In this document: positions 19,965-27,428 of the stretch, piece by piece
Layout of the letters: each line of letters begins with the position of its first letter
Position numbering within the stretch: the first letter of the stretch is position 1
Assembly: GCA_963674755.2 (NCBI GenBank)
Contig: CAXXVS010000001.1
Span: forward strand, 96,001 to 160,000
DNA from: Desulfobacterales bacterium
Lineage (GTDB): Bacteria > Desulfobacterota > Desulfobacteria > Desulfobacterales > UBA5852
Length of the DNA stretch: 64,000 bases
Direction of reading: 5' to 3'
Notes under the pieces: generated by a model
What the model saw: the letters and a program-made list of their open reading frames with translations, nothing else
The model's database searches: none
What the model was told of the DNA's origin: nothing
Position numbers and translations under genes: made by a program

Positions 19965-20800
19965 GCGGCCGTCCTTCGTCCAGGGCAGATAAAACGGGCC
20001 GGGTGGCGCTGGTGCTGGGGGCCATCAAAGGCATCGGAAAGGGGATCGCCCTGGATCTTGCCCACCGAGGATTCAAGGTGGCCCTCACCTATCACGATTG
20101 GCCGGAAGCGCTGCCCGGTTTACAGGCCGATTGCGCCGCTTTGGGCGATCAATGCGGTCTATTTAATGTCGATTTGCGCGATTGTGAAGGCATTCCTCAT
20201 TTGATCAGTGCTGTGCTGTCCCGCTTCGGACGACTCGATGTACTGGTCAACAATATCGAAAGGGGGGGGTGGCCGGTGGTGCATGGTCCCTATATTCCGG
20301 ACCAATGGGACCTGGAGATGGAAATCACCCTGCGGGCCAAGCGCTGGGTGTTCGATGCCGCGCTGCCCCACCTCAAAGCGAGCGGCAACGGCTGTGTGGT
20401 GAATCTGTCCTCCATCGCGGGAGTGGTGGGGCGCAGCGGACCGGCCAGCCTGATCTTTAACGACGGTTACGCCGCTGCCAACCGGGCGGTTTCCCTGCTC
20501 ACAGAAACCTGGGCGCGGGTTGCGGCACCGGAAGTCCGGGTCAATGAAATCATGCTGGGTCTTGTGGCGACCCGCCATGGCCAAGAGACCCGGGGATGGG
20601 GGCTATTGGACGACGAACAGAAAGACGCATTGCTGGATCACACATTATTGGGGTGTATCGGTACGATCGAGGACGTGGTAAAAGCGGTCCGCTTCGTCAT
20701 TGACGAAGCGCCGTTCATGTCGGGCAGCGTCATTCGCCTGGATGGCGGCTATGTGTTAGGGGGCGACAAGGTCGGGCCGATGCCGCCCGGCGTCGTTTAA
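19961..20800 (+). CDS. SDR-family oxidoreductase with atypical catalytic motif
   Basis: GAIKGIG, GRLDVLVNN, NLSS, VRVN, DGG; YAAAN in place of YxxxK; ATGA overlap with the upstream gene. Confidence 0.88.
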   Translation: MSGRPSSRADKTGRVALVLGAIKGIGKGIALDLAHRGFKVALTYHDWPEALPGLQADCAALGDQCGLFNVDLRDCEGIPHLISAVLSRFGRLDVLVNNIERGGWPVVHGPYIPDQWDLEMEITLRAKRWVFDAALPHLKASGNGCVVNLSSIAGVVGRSGPASLIFNDGYAAANRAVSLLTETWARVAAPEVRVNEIMLGLVATRHGQETRGWGLLDDEQKDALLDHTLLGCIGTIEDVVKAVRFVIDEAPFMSGSVIRLDGGYVLGGDKVGPMPPGVV

Positions 20801-20834
20801 AGGCGAAGTCCGGAAAAGGGTTCGGCAGGGTATC

Positions 20835-21617
20835 TCAGCGCAGGCGGATCTTTTTGCTGGGGAGGCCCCATACGAAAAGGGCGACCCAATCCATGCCGAA
20901 CAGCAAAAGGGCGGTATCGTCCCTGCGAAGGCGGGCCAGAAGCTCCCTTTTGACCTTGTAGCGTTTGAGAAAGCTACTGGCAAAGACGAATTCGCGAAAC
21001 GCATCTATATTGTAGGTGGCCATGAAAGCCATGCGGCCCTTCGGGCCATCGGGACCCTGCCCTTGCCAAGGGTCTTTGGCAAAAAGGCCCTTCAGCGCCG
21101 CCCACTTGCGGGTCATCCGGTTGTGTTCGGCCGCCGCCTGATCCGCTTGCCAGCCTTCCAGTGTCCATTCCTTTGATTCGTGCTGCCCCTGGCAGAAGTC
21201 CGGTGGTCGGAAAAAGCTGACCTGTTCGGGGGGCGCGCCCGCAGCGTCGTAGCGCAAACCATGCTCGACCGGGAAGGTACGACAGGTGTCCGGGCGGTCC
21301 GGGTAAACGCGGCATCCTTCAGCCGTCAGAAAAGGGCAGGTTTGCTCAGCGTCGTTCGACATGCGCAGCAGGACGTCGGGGAAGCTGTTGCCTTCCCGCA
21401 GAACGATATCCACGTAACGGTCAATAAATTGTTCCGAACTGATGCCGAGACACGTTTTAAGGCGGATGACGTCGTAAGGATAGAGAAACAGGTTCAAATT
21501 GCGGCAGCAGCGGTTGAAGCAGCCGATACCCGGATGGCAACGAAACCGGAAACGGTCCCCAGTCGTGAGGCATCGCCCGGCGATTTGATCCAAGGCTTCA
21601 GGTGGAACGGTTTTCAT
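20835..21617 (-). CDS. YkgJ/CxxCxxCC-family protein (paralog 2)
   Basis: FRCHPGIGCFNRCC, CPFL..GCRVYPDRPDTCRTFP, FCQG. Confidence 0.88.
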   Translation of the reverse strand: MKTVPPEALDQIAGRCLTTGDRFRFRCHPGIGCFNRCCRNLNLFLYPYDVIRLKTCLGISSEQFIDRYVDIVLREGNSFPDVLLRMSNDAEQTCPFLTAEGCRVYPDRPDTCRTFPVEHGLRYDAAGAPPEQVSFFRPPDFCQGQHESKEWTLEGWQADQAAAEHNRMTRKWAALKGLFAKDPWQGQGPDGPKGRMAFMATYNIDAFREFVFASSFLKRYKVKRELLARLRRDDTALLLFGMDWVALFVWGLPSKKIRLR

Positions 21618-21662
21618 GCACGTTATCCTAACAATTCCCGGTTCATCAAGTCGGTATGTTCC

Positions 21663-22295
21663 CTATTCGGTACCATCCCGATCTCCAAAGATAAGGATCA
21701 TTTCGGCGATGGTCAGTCGCACCGGGCTTTCGATCCCCGAAGCCTGTCGCAGAGATTTTTCCAGCATGGCCATGGCAGCATACAGCGGCGTGCGATCCAG
21801 CGGATGCCCGGCAGCTTGGCTGCAGGAGGCCTCGAACAGGTGGCATCCGGTGCCCGCGATCAGACCACGTCTCGGATGCCGCATCACATGGGGGATTCCG
21901 TGCAGGCGGCAGATCATGGGGCGTTGCCGGTAAAGGAGACAGCGTTCATCGCTATTTAACGGGCAAAGGTGTCGCAGCGGCCGATCGAGATGTGCACTGG
22001 CTTTCAACGCCCGGCAGTAGGCTCGGGCCCGTTCTATGATGGAAGCTTTCTGGCATTCCGGCAGCTCCCGGTAGCCCATCAGGAGGCCCGCCGCCTCCAG
22101 CAGCGTATGATGATAGAATCGGGTCCGGCAGCAGTTGTCTTCACATCCCCGGCATTGGAAACCGTAGCGTTGGGCAACGGCGCCATAGGCGGCATCCATT
22201 TCGTCATAAAGGGCGGCCAGCCCTTCAAGGGCATCGGAATGCCGTTCAAGGATGCGGTTCAGGGAGGCGGAAGTTAGCGTCGGTTTCAAAGGCAA
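21663..22295 (-). CDS. YkgJ-like cysteine-cluster protein (divergent paralog 3)
   Basis: CRGCEDNCC and CPLN..RCLLYRQRPMICRLHG; TTG start 4 nt after the dGTPase stop. Confidence 0.8.
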   Translation of the reverse strand: MPLKPTLTSASLNRILERHSDALEGLAALYDEMDAAYGAVAQRYGFQCRGCEDNCCRTRFYHHTLLEAAGLLMGYRELPECQKASIIERARAYCRALKASAHLDRPLRHLCPLNSDERCLLYRQRPMICRLHGIPHVMRHPRRGLIAGTGCHLFEASCSQAAGHPLDRTPLYAAMAMLEKSLRQASGIESPVRLTIAEMILIFGDRDGTE

Positions 22296-22299
22296 ACCA

Positions 22300-23415
22300 T
22301 CACACTGTCGAGGACGGAAAAAACACCCGTTTATAAAGGCTCATGGCATAGCGGTCGGTCATGCTGGCCAGCAGGTCGCACACCAGGCGCTCGCGTGGTT
22401 GGGTGCGGTTGTTGCAGCCATGCATATCCAGGCTGCGCAGCTCGCATTGCAGATCCGCTTCATTGTCGAGCAGGTGGCGGTAAAGGTCTGAAAGGATTTT
22501 TTTGGCTTTGACGAACTCGCGATGAACCGGCGCAGAACGATAGACATTTTCATAAAGGAACTGGCGCAGGGTCTGCATGGCTTCGTTGACCGGATCGCTC
22601 AACTGGAGGGTGAGCTGATCCCCGGCGGGGGCACTGTTGGTAATCAAGTCCCGGATCATCCTGATGGCGCGCTCGGAGTGGGTGTGCCCCAATACGCGCA
22701 AACAGCTTTCAGGGACCTGATGGGGGGTAATCACACCGCTGCGGACCGCGTCATCCAGGTCATGGTTAAGATAGGCGATGATGTCGGCGTAGCGGACGAT
22801 ACGACCCTCTGTGGTGATGGGCAATTCCGCCGGGTCATCGGGCATTACCTCTCCGAACCCTTTGGAATGTTTAAGAATGCCGTCGCGTACTTCCAAGGTC
22901 AGATTCAACCCCCGCCCATTGTTTTCCAGACAGTCGACAACACGTAGGCTTTGCTTGTTATGGGTGAAGTTGGCGGAATGGATTTCCTTGAGGGCGATTT
23001 CTCCTCCGTGACCAAACGGGGTGTGGCCCAGGTCATGCCCCAGGGCGATCGCCTCGGCCAGATCTTCGTTCAGGAAAAGGGCGCGTGCAATGGTGCGGGC
23101 GATTTGCGACACTTCCAGGGTATGGGTGAGGCGAGTGCGGTATTCGTCCCCCAGAGGATTGAGGAAGACCTGGGTCTTGTATTTTAGGCGTCGAAACGCA
23201 TTGGAATACACAATGCGGTCACGGTCCACCTGAAAAGCGGTTCGGACCGCGCATGGCGCGGTATCGGGTATTCGCCGGCGGGCTTTGGCGCTTAAGCTGC
23301 CGTAAGGCGCGATAAAGCGCCGCTCCCGGGCTTCAAATTGCTCCCTTAAAGAGGCCGGCGGGGGGTTCGTCCGGCCCGCAGGGGCTGCGCAACGGGGGGT
23401 CATTCTGTAGTTCAT
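22300..23415 (-). CDS. dgt: Deoxyguanosinetriphosphate triphosphohydrolase (short HD type)
   Basis: DRDRI...FRRLKYKTQV, RTRLTHTLEV, HDLGHTPFGH, MTDRYA. Confidence 0.93.
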   Translation of the reverse strand: MNYRMTPRCAAPAGRTNPPPASLREQFEARERRFIAPYGSLSAKARRRIPDTAPCAVRTAFQVDRDRIVYSNAFRRLKYKTQVFLNPLGDEYRTRLTHTLEVSQIARTIARALFLNEDLAEAIALGHDLGHTPFGHGGEIALKEIHSANFTHNKQSLRVVDCLENNGRGLNLTLEVRDGILKHSKGFGEVMPDDPAELPITTEGRIVRYADIIAYLNHDLDDAVRSGVITPHQVPESCLRVLGHTHSERAIRMIRDLITNSAPAGDQLTLQLSDPVNEAMQTLRQFLYENVYRSAPVHREFVKAKKILSDLYRHLLDNEADLQCELRSLDMHGCNNRTQPRERLVCDLLASMTDRYAMSLYKRVFFPSSTV

Positions 23416-23545
23416 GGCTTTACTTTAGTCGTCGATGCGACTAGATTAAAAGTGACGATACGCATAAACGCATCCATTTTACCCGGCCCCAGAGGGAATT
23501 GTAAAGGTCAAATCGATTAGCCGGTATTGGGCGGGAGTATTTCCA

Positions 23546-24106
23546 TTGGGCGGACATCATCTGATTTTGGGCGAAATCAGGGACTATGTAACTGGAGAGG
23601 TCCTGGCGGATACCCATGACGAGCGCTATCGTCAGAAAGTGGCCCGCTTTCTGGTCGTGCACAAAGGCTATATAAAGGAAGACCTCAGACCAAGAGTTCC
23701 CATCGATCTGAACATCGACGGTAAACAGGCCAGAATCAGGCTGGATTTGGTGGTTTGTATTGACGAACAGGTGGCGATGCTGGTTAAATACGCTCCCGGA
23801 TCTTTGACCACCCGCCATCAGGTCGCCTTGGCCGCCTCGCGCCTGCTGGCACCCTATCAGGTGCCTCTCAGTGTTGTAACAAATGGGAAAGAAGCTGATA
23901 TTATAGATAATCACTCCGATAGCGTGATTGCCGAAGGGCTGGATGGCATCTTATCGCGGGGGACACTCGCGGAGTACCTCCACGCACACGATCCTATTTC
24001 CGTGGCGGACCGCCATCGTGACATGGCGGTCCGAATTCTGTATGCCTACGAAGTGGACGGACGTTGTCCCTGCGACGACACGGTTTGTGATTATGAGCAA
24101 CGCTGA
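23546..24106 (+). CDS. Stand-alone type I restriction enzyme HsdR N-terminal-like domain protein
   Basis: ERYRQK..FL..KGY, RLDLVV, VVTNG pattern; no helicase domain; C-terminal CPCDDTVC. Confidence 0.65.
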   Translation: MGGHHLILGEIRDYVTGEVLADTHDERYRQKVARFLVVHKGYIKEDLRPRVPIDLNIDGKQARIRLDLVVCIDEQVAMLVKYAPGSLTTRHQVALAASRLLAPYQVPLSVVTNGKEADIIDNHSDSVIAEGLDGILSRGTLAEYLHAHDPISVADRHRDMAVRILYAYEVDGRCPCDDTVCDYEQR

Positions 24107-24641
24107 TAAACCGGGGCCAGGAAGTCCCCGAGGGGATGATGCTTACTTCATGCGGGCCGCACTGGAGGAAGCACGGCGGACGTTGGAAGACGGCGAGTTC
24201 CCGGTGGGATGCGTGATCGTAGGGGCCGGGCGCATTATCGTCCGCAGTGCCCGCAAAGGCAGCCGGACGATAAATCCCAGCGAGATTGATCACGCCGAGA
24301 TGCTTGCACTGAAGCGCCTGGAGAACCTCGATTGCCATATGGCCCATGAAAATCTTGTGGTTTACAGTACGATGGAGCCCTGCCTGATGTGTTTCGCCGC
24401 TTTGACCCTGAGCCGCATCGGAAAAGTGGTTTATGCTTACGAAGACGTCATGGGGGGCGGAACAAATTGTGATATGGAATCCCTGCCCCCTCTTTACCGC
24501 GCTCTCAGGCCGCAGGTGGTTGGCGGGATTTTGCGATCCGAGAGCCTGGCCCTGTTCAAAGCCTTTTTTGGGGCTGCGGCCAATACATACTGGCAGGGCA
24601 GTTTACTGGAGACCTACACGTCCGATCAGGCGATGCCTTGA
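24093..24641 (+). CDS. Zn-dependent nucleoside/tRNA deaminase (TadA-like)
   Basis: FM..AL.EA....GEFPVG, HAE, EPCLMC; ATG 24093 overlaps the upstream gene by 14 nt. Confidence 0.88.
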   Translation: MSNADKPGPGSPRGDDAYFMRAALEEARRTLEDGEFPVGCVIVGAGRIIVRSARKGSRTINPSEIDHAEMLALKRLENLDCHMAHENLVVYSTMEPCLMCFAALTLSRIGKVVYAYEDVMGGGTNCDMESLPPLYRALRPQVVGGILRSESLALFKAFFGAAANTYWQGSLLETYTSDQAMP

Positions 24642-24713
24642 ATCAGCCCGTGGAGACCGTTTCTGACAAGGAGCAACGGGGCTATCCAAGGAATTTTTAC
24701 TTGCATTTTTTAC

Positions 24714-24742
24714 TTGCATTTCCTAACGTTGTCTTATATAGG
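24714..24742 (+). promoter_or_regulatory. Putative infC operon promoter
   Basis: TTGCAT-N17-TATAGG; the -35 lies in a tandem TTTTTACTTGCAT duplication. Confidence 0.55.
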
Positions 24743-24874
24743 CAATTTTCTACATTTGCACATGTGCGCCTTTTCGGCGCATTGAAGGTGGGATGTTGCC
24801 TCGCGTCCGGGAAACCGAATCGGGACCGCAATATAACCCCGACACGAACTTGTATTTTATAGGGAGGTGGAAGC

Positions 24875-25414
24875 ATAGCTCAACCAAAGAGGACATTTCA
24901 GTCGAACAGATCGGATCGTGTTAATATTAACCGAAGCATTCGCGCACGCGAAGTGAGGGTAATCGATCCTGAAGGTAACCAGCTGGGCGTTGTATCGATT
25001 GAGGATGCTCTGAAGGCCGCGGCCGAATTCGGACTTGATCTGGTAGAAGTTTCGCCTAATGCAGCACCGCCGGTCTGCAAGATTATGGACTACGGGCGTT
25101 ACAAGTACGAACAGACCAAGAAGAAACAGGAAGCCAAGAAAAAGCAGAGTACCTTTCAGGTCAAAGAGATCAAAGTCCGCCCCAAGACCGGTGATCATGA
25201 TCTTGAGACCAAGCTGGGCCACATTCGAAAATTTCTCGGCCGGAAAGACAAAGTCAAAGTGACGGTTCTTTTCCGGGGGCGGGAAATAACCCTCTCGGAT
25301 CGCGGCCGGGAGTTGTTAAAGAGAATTGCGACCGAGCTTGAAGAGATTGCCGTGGTTGAGCAGTACCCCAAATTTGAAGGTCGCACCATGATGATGGTAT
25401 TATCGCCTAAGTAA
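24875..25414 (+). CDS. infC: Translation initiation factor IF-3 with non-canonical ATA start
   Basis: GGGAGGT RBS followed by an in-frame ATA at 24875; INRSIRAREVRVI, PPVCKIMDYG, FRGRE. Confidence 0.95.
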   Translation: MAQPKRTFQSNRSDRVNINRSIRAREVRVIDPEGNQLGVVSIEDALKAAAEFGLDLVEVSPNAAPPVCKIMDYGRYKYEQTKKKQEAKKKQSTFQVKEIKVRPKTGDHDLETKLGHIRKFLGRKDKVKVTVLFRGREITLSDRGRELLKRIATELEEIAVVEQYPKFEGRTMMMVLSPK

Positions 25415-25637
25415 TCGGGCGTGATGGCGTAGATTTGAATAGCCTTGGGAGCACTCGGTTGACCGCCGGGTGATCCGAATTGCCGCTGTGGTGGTGGGCA
25501 GCGGAATTGGCGTGGGCCCGTAAAAATCCGGCCGCGCCAAAGCTTTTTGGGCCGGTGCCGGTTTCGATAAGCGTCAGGGTGAACGATGGGCGGCCCGCTG
25601 GCCGCTGAAAAGAAGCGAATGATAAGGAGAAGATTGT

Positions 25638-25835
25638 ATGCCTAAAATTAAAACGAACCGGGCGGCTGCCAAACGGTTTAAAAAAACAGGTTCCGGGAAG
25701 TTTGTGTATAATAAATCTCACGCCAGTCATATTTTGACCAAGAAAACGCGCAAGCGTAAACGGGCCCTGCGACTGAGCCAGGTTATTGACAAATCCGATA
25801 TGCGCGAACTGCGTCTGCTGATGCCCAACGGGTAA
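25638..25835 (+). CDS. rpmI: 50S ribosomal protein L35
   Basis: [21 protein letters not shown]...HILTKK. Confidence 0.97.
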   Translation: MPKIKTNRAAAKRFKKTGSGKFVYNKSHASHILTKKTRKRKRALRLSQVIDKSDMRELRLLMPNG

Positions 25836-25972
25836 ACGGCAAGCCGCAAGGCGGGCGGCCTCGGCTGGATAAGACGCTATCCAATAAGGGGGCCGGCCGG
25901 ACTTGACGGTTAACATGATTCAAACCTGTCGAACCGCGCCAGACAGGACTCGAGGTTGAAGGAGAAAATACC

Positions 25973-26323
25973 ATGCGTATTAAGAGAGGGTTCAAAGCCC
26001 GAAGACGAAGAAAGAAAGTGCTGAAACTGGCCAAAGGGTTTCGGGGCGGCCACAGCAAACTTTTTCGTACGGCGGCGGATACGGTCGACAAGGCACTCAT
26101 GTATGCCTATCGCGATCGCCGTGTCCGTAAACGAGACTTCCGACGCCTGTGGATTATTCGCATCAATGCGGCTACGCGCATGAATGATATGTCCTACAGC
26201 AAGTTCATGAACGGGCTCAAAAAGGCTGGCATTGAGCTGGATCGCAAAGTGTTGGCTGACCTCGCCGTTTCCGATCCCGCCGGTTTTACCCAAATCACCG
26301 CTCTGGCATCTCAGCACGTATAA
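25973..26323 (+). CDS. rplT: 50S ribosomal protein L20
   Basis: [30 protein letters not shown]. Confidence 0.97.
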   Translation: MRIKRGFKARRRRKKVLKLAKGFRGGHSKLFRTAADTVDKALMYAYRDRRVRKRDFRRLWIIRINAATRMNDMSYSKFMNGLKKAGIELDRKVLADLAVSDPAGFTQITALASQHV

Positions 26324-26419
26324 GCATTATCAGCCAGGGTAGCGGGCGGCCGATCATCATTCACAGGATCGGCTGCCCTCCTGCGCAATTAACCCCCTAT
26401 ACACAGATCGAGCGACACC

Positions 26420-27427
26420 TTGGACAAGTCGATAGATGGAATATACCAGGAGGCCCTGGATGAGTTGCGCGGGGTGACGGACCCCGGCGCTCTGGATGCC
26501 TTCAGCGTTCGCTATCTGGGACGAAAAGGTCGGCTGACGGCATTCCTGCGCAACATTGCGACTTTGCCGCCGGAACAGCGGGCGGAGGCCGGCAAAAAAG
26601 CCAATCAGTCCAAAAAGAAGCTGGAAGCGGCCATCCAGGCCCACGTCAAACACCTCGCGGACGGCGACGGGCATCAGGAAGAGCATATCGATATTACGCT
26701 GCCGGGTCGCCAAACCCTTCCGGGTGCCATGCATCCGATCACCCGTGTGAACCAGGAAATATGCGACATTTTTCAGCGTATGGGTTACAGCATCGCCGAG
26801 GGGCCGGAAGTCGAGGCAGATTATTATAATTTCGAGGCGCTCAATGTCCCCAAGTATCACCCGGCGCGGGACATGCAGGACACCTTTTATGTGTCTGAGA
26901 ATATCGTGCTGCGCACCCAGACCTCTCCGATGCAGATCCGCGTGATGGAGCAGCAGACCCCTCCGGTGGCTGTGATCGCCCCCGGCAAGGTCTACCGTTG
27001 TGACTCCGATCTGACCCATACCCCCATGTTTCACCAGGTGGAGGGGCTTCTGGTCGATGAGGATGTGTCCTTTGCCGATCTGAAGGGCACGCTGACCGCT
27101 TTCGTGCATGCCATGTTTGACGATCAGACCAGTTTGCGCTTCCGGCCCAGCTTTTTCCCCTTTACCGAACCCAGCGCCGAAGTCGATATCCTCTGCGTCA
27201 TGTGCCGGGGCGAAGGGTGCCGGGTTTGTTCCCATTCGGGGTGGATTGAGATCCTGGGCTCGGGCATGGTGCATCCCAATGTGTTTCGCAGCGTCGGCTA
27301 CGATACAGACCGCTATTCCGGCTTTGCCTTCGGCATGGGGGTCGAGCGCATTGCCATGCTGAAATACGGCATCGATGATATCCGCAAGTTTTTCAACAAT
27401 GACATGAGATTTTTGAGGCAATTCTAG
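26420..27427 (+). CDS. pheS: Phenylalanyl-tRNA synthetase alpha subunit
   Basis: HPARDMQDTF, FHQVEG, FPFTEPS, GFAFGMGVER. Confidence 0.97.
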   Translation: MDKSIDGIYQEALDELRGVTDPGALDAFSVRYLGRKGRLTAFLRNIATLPPEQRAEAGKKANQSKKKLEAAIQAHVKHLADGDGHQEEHIDITLPGRQTLPGAMHPITRVNQEICDIFQRMGYSIAEGPEVEADYYNFEALNVPKYHPARDMQDTFYVSENIVLRTQTSPMQIRVMEQQTPPVAVIAPGKVYRCDSDLTHTPMFHQVEGLLVDEDVSFADLKGTLTAFVHAMFDDQTSLRFRPSFFPFTEPSAEVDILCVMCRGEGCRVCSHSGWIEILGSGMVHPNVFRSVGYDTDRYSGFAFGMGVERIAMLKYGIDDIRKFFNNDMRFLRQF

Positions 27428-27428
27428 T

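Noticed and set aside
23546..24106. Type I restriction-modification system
   Set aside because: Only an isolated, degenerate HsdR N-terminal-like domain; no helicase, hsdM or hsdS.
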